Positions 1-10,440 of a stretch of 20,000 nucleotides of DNA are shown here, piece by piece. The position numbers and the translations under genes were made by a program. Under the pieces are notes generated by a model. The model ran no database searches. It was given only the letters and a program-made list of their open reading frames with translations, and was not told the origin of the DNA. The DNA comes from Chiloscyllium plagiosum (lineage: Eukaryota), in contig NC_057754.1 of the NCBI RefSeq assembly GCF_004010195.1, forward strand, positions 6,153,971 to 6,173,970, given 5' to 3'. Position 1 is the stretch's first letter, and each line of letters opens with the position of its first letter.

Positions 1-410
1 GGGCTATTCAGCCCAAAGGGGCTATACTCTCTCCCTCTGGAGATGCTGCAAACCTGTCCCAATTCCCCTCCTATTTGCCCACATCCACCGAAATCTTTCC
101 TTAAAAATTAAAATTCCAAGTCTGTTTCAGAATACCTACTGAATCTGTGTCGTTCAGACTGTTCCTGATGCTCAGAACTTACTGAGTACAATAATATTCA
201 CATTTTCACTTTGTATTATTTGCCAATTACTTGAAAGTAGTTACTAAACGTTGTGATAGTGTTAACAATTCCTCTCTCTCCGCAAATTCAATATCTTGGA
301 ACCAGATCTGCACCAGGCCATGAATCACTGCTTCACCTTCTCAGCTCCAAGGACAATTATCTGTGCTTCAGCTTGCTCTCCACAAAACAGGAACACACCT
401 TAGTTTATTA
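1..410 (-). mobile_element. Old, highly degenerate CR1-like LINE 3' fragment
   Basis: The minus strand has CCTTGGAGCTGAGAAGGTGAAGCAGTGATT (SLEQRRLRGDL-like) and a CR1-type 3' UTR ending ...GGGCTGAATAGCCC. It is an inverted paralog of 13575-13999. Confidence 0.55.
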
Positions 411-413
411 ACG

Positions 414-1035
414 TCATAGACATGTACAGCACAGAAACAGAACTTCGGTCCAATTCATCCATGCCAACTAGGAATCCTAAACTACTGGAGTCGCATTTGC
501 CAGCTATTGGCCTATATCCATCAAACCCTTACTGTTCACGTACCCAATCAGATGCCTTTAAAAAATGTTGTGATTTCATCAGCCTCCACTACTTCATCTG
601 GCAGCTCATTCCATGCACACACCACATTCAGCTTGAAAACATTGCCCTTAGATTCCTTTTAAATCGTTGCCCTCTTAACCATGTGCTCTAGTTTTGGACC
701 CATCTAACCTCAGGAAAAAGAACCCTGGCTGCCCACCTTATCCATGGCCCTCGTGATTTTATAAATCTCCATGAAGTCACCTCTCAGTATTGGACTCTCC
801 AGGGAAATTAACCCCAGCCTATTCGGTCTCTCCCTGAATCCCAAATCCTCCAATCCTGGCAACGTTTTTGTGAATCTTGTCCGAACCTTTTCACATTTCA
901 CAACATCCTTACGAGAACAGGGAAATTCAAACTGAAAACAGAATTCCAGAAGTGGCTTAATCAACGTCCTGTCCAGCCACAGTATGACGTCCCAGCTTCT
1001 GTGTTCAATGCATTGACCAATAACGGAGAGCGTTA
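414..1035 (-). mobile_element. CR1 (shark HER1-type) LINE 3' end: ORF2 C-terminus and 3' UTR
   Basis: ORF 710-964 reads KPLLEFCFQF...RLGLISLESPILRGDFMEIYKI (CR1 RPHLEYCVQFW...RLRGDLIEVYKI). The 3' terminus CTGTTTCTGTGCTGTACATGTCTATG lies at about 414-440. Confidence 0.9.
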
Positions 1036-2705
1036 ATGGAGTCCCATTTGCCAGCGGTTCACCCTTATCCCTCTAAAGTCTTCCTCTTCATGTACCCAAT
1101 AAGGTGCCTTTTAAATGCTGCAATTGTACGAGCCTCCACCCCTTCCTCTGGCAGTTCACTCCATACTTGTAATGCCCTCAATATGAATAAGATGCCCCTT
1201 AGATCCCTTTTACATCTTTTCCATCTCACCTTAAGCCTGGACCCTGTAGTTCTGGACCCACTGAACTTGGGAAAAAGTCCCTGACTGCTCACCTTATCCA
1301 TGTCCTTCATGATTTTATAAGATCACCTCTCAGCCTCCAACTCTCCAGGGAAAACAGTCCCAGCCTATTCAGCATTTCCCATTAGCTCAAACCGTCCAAC
1401 CCTGGCAAAGTCCTTGCAAATGTTTTCTGAACCCTTTCAAGTTTCTCAACATTATTCCAAGAACAGGAAGATTGGAACTGAAAACAGAATTCCAGAAGGG
1501 CCTTAATCAGTGCCCTGTCCAGCCACAATATGATGTCACAACAGCTGCATTCAATGCATTGACTAATAACAGGGTGCGTACCAAATGCTGCATTCACTAC
1601 CCCGCCGACCTGTGACTATACTTTCAAGGAAATATAAACCTGCACTCCAAGGTCCCTTTGTTCAGCAATGTTCCCCAGGACTTTACCATTAATTGTATAA
1701 GTTCTGCCCTGATTTGCCTTTCCAAAATACAACAGCTTGCATTTATCTAAATTGAACTCCATCTGCCATTCCTTGCTCCAATGGCCCATCTGATCCAGAT
1801 CATATTGTATTCTGAACTAACCTTCTTCACTACCCACTACAACTCCAATTTTTGTGTCTTCTGTAAACGTACTGACCATACCTCATATTCACATCCAAGT
1901 CATTTATTTAAGGGCCCAATATCCATTCTTGCAGCACATTGCTGCTCACAGGCCTCCAGTCCGCAAAGCAACCCTCCATCATCCTCTGTCTGCTTCTTTC
2001 AAGGCAGTTTTGTAATGGCTTTGTCTCCCTGCATTCCATGTTATCTAACCCTGCTAACCAGTCTGCTTTGTGGAAACTTGTTGAATGTCCATATAAACAA
2101 CGTTCACAGCCTGGATTAATCAATTTTCTTTGTCACTTCAAAACATTCAGTCAAGTTAGTGACAGACAATTGCGCATGTACAAAGTCACACTGACTCTCC
2201 CTGATCATTCCTTACCTTTCGAAAATAGATGGATATCCTGTCCCTCAGAATCCCTTTCAACAACTTGCCTGCCACTGACTTCAGGCTCACTGTTTTCTTG
2301 TTCCATGGCCTCTCCTTACCACCTTTTTAAAAATAATGGCACCTCACCTGTCGCTATCAACGATACAAATACCTCAGGAGAGGCCCAACAATCACTTCCC
2401 TAGATTTCCATAAAGTTCCAGGGTACACCTGATCAGGTTCCAGGGCTTTATCCACCTTGATGTGATTTAAGACATCTAGTACCACCTCCTCTGTAACATG
2501 GACACTTTTCAAGTAATCACTGTTTCAAGTAATAACTCTTGAGCTTCCATATACTTCGCCAGTAAAAATGAAGTGAAATATTTGCATATTTTTCGCACAC
2601 CCTGTGGTTCCATAGACAGACTTGTTAACCTTTCAGAGGTCCTATTCTCTGGTCCAGTTAATCTTTTGTCAGTGATATATTTGTTTAATCTCTTTGGATT
2701 CTATT
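1036..2705 (-). mobile_element. CR1 LINE ORF2 (reverse transcriptase region), degenerate
   Basis: Frames include RQRMMEGCFADWRPVSSNVLQEWILGP (CR1 SGVPQGSVLGP), KLERVQKTFARTLPGLDGLS and VWSELPEEGVEARTIAAFKRHL, with many stops and frameshifts. It restarts at 1036 with sequence matching 486 onward. Confidence 0.9.
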
Positions 2706-2714
2706 CCAGGACAT

Positions 2715-2975
2715 CCCAGAAAGGCCTACTTCAAGGACCGTAATTTTCCTCTGACTTGATCAACAATGCCCTCCAACACATACNNNNNNNNNNNNNNNNN
2801 NNNNNNNNNNNNNNNNNNNNNNNNNNNNNNNNNNNCTTGACCCTCCCTTGCCGCCATGGGAAATGTAAAACGTGCTGCCACACCTCCCTCTGAACTCTGT
2901 CCAAGACCACAAAAGGATCTTTTCACATTAGGCAGAGATTTGCCTGCACATCCCAAAACCTCATATACAGCATCT
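2715..2975 (+). mobile_element. Penelope-like element fragment (RT-linker and start of GIY-YIG), spanning an N gap
   Basis: Before the gap it reads AYFKDRNF...NNALQHI. After the gap it reads TLPCRHGKCKTCCHTS and KGSFHIRQRFACTSQNLIYSI, the Cys-rich linker and GIY-like motif of Penelope elements. Confidence 0.8.
2784..2835. other. Assembly gap (52 N)
   Basis: Run of N. Confidence 1.
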
Positions 2976-3180
2976 GGACACTATGGGAAATATAATGTGG
3001 TTCATCCAACTAACCTACACATCTTTGGACTGTGGGAGGAAACTGGAACACCTGAAGGAAACCCTCACAAACACTGGTGAGAATGTGCCAACTTGAACAC
3101 AGGCAGTCGCCTGAGGCTGGAATCAAACCCAGGTCCCTGGTGCTGAGGAAGCAGCGCTAACCACTGAGTCACAATACTGT
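2972..3180 (-). mobile_element. HE1-type (V-SINE) tRNA-derived SINE, 5' and central part
   Basis: The minus strand has A-box-like TGACTCAGTGG, B-box-like GGTTTGATTCC and the core GTTTCCTCCCACAGTCCAAAGATGTG. Confidence 0.85.
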
Positions 3181-3248
3181 GGGATCTTTGCTGCTGATGC
3201 GCTGCCCCACTGATACCTCAGGAAATGAGGCAGGGTGAGTGACTAAGT

Positions 3249-3600
3249 GGCAGTGATGACAGAGTGACGTTATCGCTAGACAGTTAATCCAGAGACCCAG
3301 GTAACGTTGTGGGGACCCGGGTTTGAATCCCATCACGGCAGATTTTGGAACGTGAATTCAATAAATATCTGGGAAAAAATAATCTAGTGACGACAAGGAA
3401 TCCATTGTCAATTGTTGGAAAAACCATTGTGGTTCACCACGACCTTTAGGGAAGGACAATGCCATCCTTACCTGGTCTGGTCTGCATGGGACTCCAGACC
3501 TATAGCAACATGGTTGACTCTTAACTGCCCTCTGGGTAAACGCAGCAGTAAATGCTGGCCGAGCCAGTGACAGCCTTATCCTGTGAATGAATAAAGAAAA
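3249..3600 (+). mobile_element. SacSINE1-like tRNA-derived SINE, near full length
   Basis: B-box GGGTTTGAATCCC at 3319-3331, a central domain TGGTTCAC...CCTTTAGGGAAGG...GACTCCAGACC and a tail ...GTGAATGAATAAAGAAAA. Confidence 0.8.
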
Positions 3601-3609
3601 CAGGTCGGT

Positions 3610-5320
3610 GTTGTTCCTTCTCTAGTAGGTACATCCTACAAACTGAATCTGAAATATTCTCCTTCACACTGAACAAATACCTTTCCATCCAAGTCTTTAA
3701 CACCACCAACATATCTTCGGAGTGCTATAAAGTTAAAAACAACTTATCATTGCATCCATATTATTCTTACATATAACTGAGGTCTCCTGGTAAAATTGTG
3801 TCAATTCACCGGTGACTATTGGGAGGGACTCTAAAATACAATCCCAGTAAGATGGTCATCCCTTTCTTATTTCTCAGTACCAACCAAATAACTTGCCTGG
3901 ATGTACTCCCAGGAATATCGTCCCAAAGCCCAGCTATAATGTTATCCCTAACCAAAAACATCTCTCTCCCTGCTCTGTTGGCCCCTTTCTATCCTTGCTA
4001 TAGCATCTATACCCTGGAACATTAAGCTGTCAGTCCTATCCATTCCTGAGTGATGCCTCTGTAATTGCTATAATATCGCAGTCACATGTTCAAAACCATA
4101 TCCTGAGCTCACCTGCCTGACCTGTAAGGCCTCTTGCACTGAAATAAATGCAGTGCAACCGGTCCGTCGCACCTCATTCTGTGACTTGCTCTTGCCTGCC
4201 TTGACAGTCTGTCTGGTGAACAATACCAGCCTCAGACTCACCTCTTTTCTCACTATCTCTTTAGGATTACCCTGACTCCCTCACGGGTATAATGCCTCCC
4301 GAGTGGCATTAGCACATCTCCCTGCTCGTTAGGACCCCATGCTTTCCCCTTCCTATGCCATTGATACCAATGTACAATGTCCTCCCGCTGGTTATTTTCC
4401 CTTTTGAGAATAGTCTGCTCCCTCAGAGACATCATTGACACTGGCACCAAGCAGCACCATTCCATTCTGATGTCTCACTGTCAGCTGCAGAAACAGCAGA
4501 CTGTGCCCTTGAGTGGAGAGTCCCCTATCTCAATCGATCGTGTGGAACTGGATATACATCACATTATGTTAAAAGCCAGTCTCAGTACCAGTAACTTGGC
4601 TGTCAGTGCTACATTCCCCTGAGAGTTTATTATCACCTACATTTTCCAAAACGATACCCTTGCCTGAGATGGGGATAGCCACAGGAGACTCCTGCAGTAC
4701 CGACCTACCTCCCCTAGCTTTCCTGTCGGTAACCCATCTACCTGACTGTATCTGCAGTATCCTGCATTCCTGAGACTGCCCTATCACACCCCCCGGCTCC
4801 TGTCAATTCCTCACTGCCTTTGATCACTCCTCCACCAATCCATGTGATCCAATAGGATTAGCAATCACATTTGCTGCAGACATAATCATTAAGATCATTG
4901 AAACTCTCCCTAATCTCCCACATCCGAAAGGAACAGCCCCCCACTCTACAACTGACCATCTCTCCGCCTTAACAATCTACAAACCAAGACAAACGCACAG
5001 TCATAATGCTCGAAGAATACTGCCCGAGAAAACTTAATGCTTACGGTTCATATCTTAAACATTTAATCAAGAGACCCTCAGACATTAAAAAGAAATCCTC
5101 TCCTTACTCACGATTGTAGATTTAAGAAAATAAAACCAACTAAGATTGATATTTGAAGAGACTGAAACTCACTGAGCTGATCCCCGGCTCGGTGTACCTC
5201 CAAGGGCGCGGTCTCTCTGAGGGCAGCTGTGAAATGGCACTGTTTCTCTTCTCTGCCAACTCCGTTTCCAGAGAGGTTTTTAACTTCACAGCAAGTCAGC
5301 TCAGAGAGGGCACTGCTTGG
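3610..5320 (-). mobile_element. CR1 LINE 5' half: 5' UTR, ORF1 (Cys motif and SGNH/GDSL esterase) and ORF2 endonuclease start, degenerate
   Basis: The minus strand gives MWEIRESF..DYVCSKC (4860-4930), QESPVAIPIS...LSGECSTDSQV (ORF 4569-4787), IEIGDSPLKGT (about 4500-4540) and an endonuclease segment DWQLNVPGYR-like at 3850-4040. Confidence 0.8.
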
Positions 5321-5452
5321 TTTTATTCACTGGGGGTTGCCTTTGCTGCCCAGACCAGTATTTACTGACAACCTTTACTTGTCTTGGAGAAAGTGGTGGT
5401 TAACCGCCTCCATGAAATGCTGCAGTCCATGTACACCACAGTGATGTTTGGA
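5320..5452 (-). mobile_element. LINE 3' tail fragment related to the SacSINE1-type tail
   Basis: TTTTATTCACTGGGGGTTGCC...CCAGTATTTACTG...GAGAAAGTGGTGGT...CTGCAGTCCATG resembles the reverse complement of the tail at 3545-3600. Confidence 0.55.
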
Positions 5453-5715
5453 CAACAATCCCCCTCTGGCCCCACATCCCTCCCTGTCTCTGTAATCCCC
5501 CTCCGGCTTCAGAAATTACATGTCCGTGGCATAAGATTTTTATTTGGATTCATTTTTGTTTCATAACCCCCCCCTCTAAAAAAAAGTGAAATATTTGGCC
5601 CCAAACAAATTTCTGTTGATTAACCTTTCGGAGAGGCTGACACATGGACGCTGCAGAATTTTATCTCACATTATACACGTAGAATGATGGAACTTTCTTT
5701 TAAACATTGCTAAAA

Positions 5716-5990
5716 GGGAGGCAATGGCTTAATGGTATTTCTGCCAGATGAGTGATATGTGCAATGTTCCGAGGATTAGGGATAGAATCCCAACATGGCT
5801 GATGGTGGCATCGGAATTCAATACAATCTAGAATGAAAAGGCGAATGATGACCATGACACTATTGTCGGTTGTTAAATATCCATCTGGTTCACTAATGTC
5901 CTGTAGGAATGAAATGGTCATCCTCACCTTGTCTGGCCTACATGTGACTCCAGACCCACAGCAATGTGGTTAAATCAACTGCCCTCAGGA
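5716..5990 (+). mobile_element. SacSINE1-like SINE, 3' truncated
   Basis: CCATCTGGTTCACTAATGTCC...TCTGGCCTACATGTGACTCCAGACCCACAGCAATGTGGTT; homologous to 3249-3535. Confidence 0.8.
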
Positions 5991-6149
5991 AAAATACTTT
6001 AAAAACTGTTAACAAATATTCCGCAGGTATCACTTAACAGCTGGCTGTTCACATTGGGGACCATGTGAATATCTCAACGGCCTGAACTAAATTTGAGATT
6101 CAGCTTCACCTTCTCCCTGTCTCACATCAGTCTGTTTACACCCAACTCC

Positions 6150-6341
6150 AGAACACTCTCATTGAGCCAAGCAGTCCTCCCAGTTGTAGCCCTGTCATCT
6201 TCATTGTCTTCTCATGCCTACATTGCCCTCAGCCTCCTGTACTGTTCCAATGCATCTCAATGGGAGCTCAGGAACAGTACCTCATCTTTCAATTCAGCCC
6301 TTTGTAACCCCAGAGTCAACATGGACCTCAGCAGTTTCTAA
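6150..6341 (+). mobile_element. Penelope-like GIY-YIG C-terminal fragment
   Basis: SHAYIALSLLYCSNASQWEL, then after a frameshift EQYLIFQ...VNMDLSSF*, resembling LGLLHCSNEAQRKLEEQHLIFRLG...LNIEFSNF. Confidence 0.65.
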
Positions 6342-6344
6342 ATG

Positions 6345-6525
6345 AACAGACAGCTTTTCAGAAACTGGAACATTCCACCTGAAAAGGTATTGGAATTTGA
6401 GTCCAAAAGGAGTTTTAATGGGATGTTTGCAGGTAATTGAAAATGTGAAGTTTACAGGTTAGCATCATGAAGTGGATGGTTGGGTCTAAATCTGAGAGTT
6501 CTTACAAAGAGACGAGGTGTAATTT
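6345..6525 (+). mobile_element. Old CR1-like 3' fragment
   Basis: CAGAAACTGGAACATTCCACCTGAAAAGGTATTGGAA resembles RIWNALPERVVE, followed by a degenerate 3' UTR. Confidence 0.4.
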
Positions 6526-6539
6526 GGATAAATCTGTGT

Positions 6540-7345
6540 TCCCTCTCAGGCCAATACCTCCTTCCTCAGCTGCAAGGCACAGAACAGAGCACATACCCAA
6601 AGGGTGATCCAACCATGAATTTGCACATCTTTCTGCTTGACAAAAATATTGGAGATATCTTCTCACAAACACAACAAACGTTTCTCCTTCCACAGTTAAA
6701 TGCCAATGATATACAGATCCTGATGACTCCATTGACCGTAAAAACTTGCATTTGAGATCCCAGCCTCAATTGTTCTGATTTAATATCCTGCGAAATGAAT
6801 TCACAAAACAAAACTCTCAGTCAGTACAGGAAGAATATAAAGACATACTTTTTTCTTGGTATGTGCTTGATGTGGAAATGCCTCTCTTCAAGTTGCACGC
6901 CCCACCCATCATAGGAAGAGGACATGCACATGCGCCTCACTCTCTCTTGCCCCTAATAAAAATGGCGGCCATATCCCAGGACCTATCAACACCTGAGGGC
7001 CGCATCTGCTGCAAACGCGGGATTAAGAGTTTCTAATTCAGATTTACGAACCACACAGAGTGTAATTAAAACTTCCCAGTCTAAAGTGACTCATTATCTC
7101 CCCGTCTCTGAGGCCACTCTCCCCTTCCCTGTTTGCGTCTCCCACATTCACCAACGGCGGAGTCACGCAGCACTGCATCGGCTGGTTACTGTTGACGTGT
7201 CATCCCACTGGCCACGCCCCTCATTCACTCCCATTGTTTGGATGACCAGCTGGTTCCACGTGGTCCACCAGCCCCACCATGTTTTCCTATTGGTCCGAAG
7301 CTGCCATCAATCAGCTGGACCCCATTGTGAGGTCAGTGGTGGTAT
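6540..7345 (-). pseudogene. Decayed C2H2 zinc-finger gene 5' unit, copy 1 (promoter, putative first exon and intron, truncated second exon)
   Basis: Branchpoint TACTGAC (6826-6820), T-rich tract and acceptor TTTCGCAG|GATATT with the exon starting at 6787. It continues SSGSVYHWHLTVEGETFV, frameshifted to CCVCEK, with no His pair or further fingers. It matches my recollection of the 5' part of clustered shark ZNF genes. Confidence 0.6.
6915..7345 (-). promoter_or_regulatory. TATA-less housekeeping-type promoter motif cluster, copy 1
   Basis: NRF1-like TGCACATGCGC 6925-6935; YY1 AAAATGGCGGC 6959-6969; AP-1 TGACTCA 7087-7093; CRE-like TGACGT 7193-7198; Sp/KLF GCCACGCCCC 7211-7220; E-box CACGTG 7257-7262; CCAAT (ATTGG) 7289-7293. 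CpG is locally enriched. Confidence 0.65.
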
Positions 7346-7404
7346 CCTTCCCCTGTCTGAATCACACCCAGAAGGTGAATGGATAGTGTCAATCGGAAAC
7401 AACA

Positions 7405-7500
7405 AGCAGAAGGTGCTGGGAAATCTCAGCAGGTCTGGCAGTATCTGGGAACAGAAATCTGTCCAGTGGCCCTTCCTCAGAACCGATGGGAGCTGGGAAA
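7405..7500. mobile_element. Penelope-like terminal repeat remnant
   Basis: GCAGAAGGTGCTGGGAAATCTCAGCAGGTCTGGCAGTATCTG...CCCTTCCTCAGAAC. The minus strand keeps CTGAGGAAGGG, but the GAAAC half is deleted. Confidence 0.65.
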
Positions 7501-7706
7501 ATTAGAATCTTGACAGCATGGAAACAGGCTAATCGGCCCAAAACGTCCACAGCGTCCGTCCGAAGGGTATCACACCCAGACCCATTCCCCTACCCTATTA
7601 CTGTATATTTCTCCTAACTAATGCGCCTAACTGACATATCCCTGAATATTACGGGAAATTTAGCTTCGCCAATTCAACTAACCTACAGATCTTTGTATTG
7701 CAGGAG
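7501..7706 (-). mobile_element. HE1-type SINE, 3' half
   Basis: The minus strand reads CAAAGATCTGTAGGTTAGTTGAATTGGCGAAGCTAAATTTCCC...GGGGAATGGGTCTGGGTG...GGGCCGATTAGCCTGTTTCC...GATTCTA. Confidence 0.8.
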
Positions 7707-8230
7707 ATAGGGATTAAAGTGTAAATAACAGGGAAGGACAGAACCCAAAGAGAGACTGGAACATTTGGAAAGAAAAAGGAGTGGATTACGATCTGGCTGG
7801 GAGGGTGCACAGATGTTGATGGAGGGGACAGGAACCTGTGCCTGGCAGCATGTCAGTGGAGCTGGCAGAAATGGCGGCTGATGATCTACATTCTGCTACA
7901 AAAACAGACCCCGAGCGTCCAGCTGCCTGTCACTTTAATACACGAGCCTGTTCCCTGACCAACATCTCTATCTCATGCTTACTGTTGTGTTCCAGTCAAG
8001 CCAGAACATACCAAATGGCCCCGCATTTCAAGGACTGCAATTTCCCCTCCCATGTGGTCAATGCCATCCAATGTATCTCCTCAACTTCCTGCACCTCTGC
8101 CTTTGAAACCCACACCTCCAACTGCAACAAGGATAGAACCTCCCCCCCACCAAGTCCTTACCTTCCACCCAGATACAACACATCAGCCTCTGCCATTTCC
8201 ACCACCTACAATCAGACCGCACCACCAGAT
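7707..8230 (+). mobile_element. Rearranged Penelope-like fragments (GIY-YIG piece followed by RT-linker piece)
   Basis: ORF 7838-8236 contains DPERPAACHFNTRACSLTNISISCLLLCSSQA and QMAPHFKDCNFPSHVVNAIQCISSTSCTSAFETHTSNCNKDRT; another frame has VLTFHP. The purine-rich 7707-7870 part is probably an antisense 3' region. Confidence 0.8.
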
Positions 8231-8284
8231 TCTTAAGGGGTTTGACAGAATAAATACTGATGTGTCTGAGGGGAAATACTGAGA

Positions 8285-9190
8285 GGGGAGTCTGAAATCA
8301 GATTCTGAGCCAGTCACAGAATAAAGGGTTCTGCTTTGGATTCGTCAAGTTTAAGGTAACATAGGCATGGGTAAGTGGTTTCAGTAGCAATGGAGCAAGG
8401 GTGAAGAGGAAATAAGCAACGGTTTAGAGATTGGAATTCCTGGTGTTTGGGATTGTGTAGATGTCTAATCAGAAGGTCAGCTTCGCGTGAGATATAACAG
8501 CAGTATTGTGAAGAGTCTAGTTCTTCTCCATAGTTCCGAGTGAGAGGGAGAAGCTCAGCAGTAAGGGAAAGGAATTTGCCAGGCAACGGGTTTAACCACT
8601 ACAATGTTTCATTGGAGGGAACTGCACCTAATCGAGTAGTGATAGCTTGATAACTGAGTAACAGTGGAGTAATGGAGAGGGATGATGGGGAGGGAGAGCT
8701 GGGCATCGTCAGCGTACATGTGAAACCCAACATGGTACTTTTGCACAATGTCACCTCCTGGCAGAATGTAGGTGAGATAGAGTAGGGGCCAAGGATAGAT
8801 CCATGAGGGACACCAAATGCAAGGAATTCAGAAAGGAAAGGGACAGTGGAGATGGAGCAGGATTTTCCAAAAACCGTGAGGTCAAATGTCAGTTTTTCAC
8901 AAAATGGGAGAGAAGGACATAACCAGAAAACACAGAACAAGGAACAATGTCCGTGAATCGGTGAGGGGGACTGATGAGGAGCAGAAAAGAGAGTTGAAAA
9001 GTCTATGGTTTAGTGAGAATAGGATAAAGGGTCAAGATGAGCTCTGCTAAGGCTTGACATGAGATGAGATGGGAGATAGATGTTGGTTTGGACAAAAATC
9101 AGGAACACCACGTGAGGCAGTTTGGCTCCGTGGGCTAGTTGGAGGGAGGGAAGCAGCAGATCGGATTGTCTCAGTCTTAGTAACAGAGAA
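8285..9190 (-). mobile_element. L2/CR1-clade LINE reverse transcriptase fragment, degenerate
   Basis: GVPHGSILGP (ORF 8599-8940) and GFHMYADDAQLSL on the minus strand near 8690-8728. Confidence 0.8.
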
Positions 9191-9386
9191 AACAGAGGAC
9201 TGGCAGCTTCATGTTCTTGGGTATAGATGAAATGGAAAGGATAGAAAGGGGGACGAGAGGAGGCAGAATGGCGTTTTGTATTAGGGATACCTTTATGGTT
9301 GTGCTCAGGGAGGATATTATTGGGAGTATTTCCAGTGAAGTTATTTGGATGGAACTGGGAAATAAGAAAGGGATGATCACCTTGTT

Positions 9387-9622
9387 GTGGTTGTCTGCTT
9401 GGGTTTCGTCTGGTTGCTCTGGTTTCCTCCCACAGTCCAAAGATGTGTCGGATGGGTGGGTTCTCCAGGCTGAATTGCCCATAGTGTTCAGGGATGTGCT
9501 GGCCAGGTGGATTGCACATTGGAATTGCAACGTTATAGGGGTAGGGTAGAAGGCTCCGATGTTGAATGTGGATGTGATGGGCTGAATGGCCCGCTTCCAC
9601 GCTGTCTGGATTCTCTGATAAT
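9387..9622 (+). mobile_element. HE1-type SINE nested in CR1
   Basis: GCTCTGGTTTCCTCCCACAGTCCAAAGATGTG...ATGGGCTGAATGGCCCGCTTCCACGCTGTCTGGATTCT. Confidence 0.8.
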
Positions 9623-9774
9623 TCTACTAGCTTTAAAATAGTTACGGAAAATAGTAGACCAGATCTAATAGGAAGCCTTCTAAATTGGACAATTGTGATG
9701 GCACAAGGTAAAAACTTGCAAAACTTGTTTGCGGGAGGTTATTTCCAGGAAAATGGATGGCTGGAAAGGGGGAG

Positions 9775-10440
9775 CATAAGAACATAAGGAAGAGGAGCAG
9801 GAGTAAGCAATCTGGCCCCTCAAGCCTGCTCTGCGATTCAATAAGACCAGGGCTGATCTTTTCATCGCCTCAGCTCCACTTTCCTGCTCTTACTGGTAAC
9901 CCTCAATTGCTTTCCTGTTCAGAAATCTACCTTTTGCTTTAAAGACATTCAAGATGAAAGCCTCAGCTGCTTTACTCAGCAGCAAATTCCACAGATTCAC
10001 AACCCTTTAGCTGCAGAATTTCCTCCTGAACTCAGTCGTAAATCTCTCCACATACACCAACCCTCTCAACTACAGGCCCAAACGAGTGACCCTCATCTGC
10101 ACTCCCTCCAGTGCCAGTGCATCATTGCAGAAGTGAGGAGACCAAACCTGTACACAGTACTCCAGGTGTGGCCTCACCAGCACCCTGTGCATTTTTGTAG
10201 AATAAGTGGCATCACGTTTGCAGCTTGCCAATCTATTGGAACTGTCCCAGAGTCGAACAAATTTTATTGAATAATGACAAGAGCATTTGCGATTTTCCCC
10301 CGCCATCTCTGGGATGCATTCTATCAGGGCCAGGAGACTCATCTACCTTTGGACTCTTAGCTTTTTCAACAGTACCTCTTTAACTTAGAATGATTGATTG
10401 TTTTTGATGTCCACATCTACCAATGCCTCCATAGGCCTGT
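9775..10440 (-). mobile_element. CR1 LINE of a different subfamily, 3' end with internal deletions, nested
   Basis: ORF 10070-10342 has VLVRPHLEYCVQVWSPH..DALALEGVQMRVTRL. The tail is a TTCTTATG-type repeat (plus strand CATAAGAACATAAG at about 9775-9788). Confidence 0.85.

Larger units (their letters stand above)
1..2705. repeat. Older inverted segmental duplication, left arm (partner ~10660-13999)
   Basis: Position 1 GGGCTATTCAGCCCAAAGGGGCTATACTCTCTCCCTCTG aligns with the reverse complement from 13999, GGGCTATTCTGCCCATTGGGGCTGTACTCTCTCCCTCTG. Colinearity continues through the same CR1 3' insertion junction. Confidence 0.8.
4926..9191. repeat. Young inverted segmental duplication, left arm (partner 15761-20000; may extend left of 4926 because the partner runs off the window)
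   Basis: Colinear reverse-complement match across TE and non-TE sequence, with paired ORFs such as 6480-6755/18206-18439, 7086-7505/17406-17777 and 7838-8236/16664-17059. Hand counts: about 13 differences in 115 nt at 4926-5040, about 8 in 176 nt at 6481-6658. Confidence 0.97.

Noticed and set aside
3110..3335. A/B boxes suggesting tRNA genes (also 15581-15592)
   Set aside because: They are SINE heads followed by SINE bodies, with no cloverleaf.
3850..4040. Inverted similarity to 9192-9390 as a possible extension of the duplication
   Set aside because: Both are CR1 endonuclease segments with unrelated flanks, so family-level similarity is sufficient.
6480..6755. ORF MGLNLRVLTKRRGVIWINL... 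nearly identical in the other arm (18206-18439)
   Set aside because: It starts at TTG, begins in a CR1 remnant and frameshifts between copies. The similarity is explained by the recent duplication.
7086..7505. 139-aa His/Trp-rich ORF and its twin at 17406-17777
   Set aside because: Non-ATG start, reads through promoter motifs and a Penelope terminus, and has no recognisable domain.
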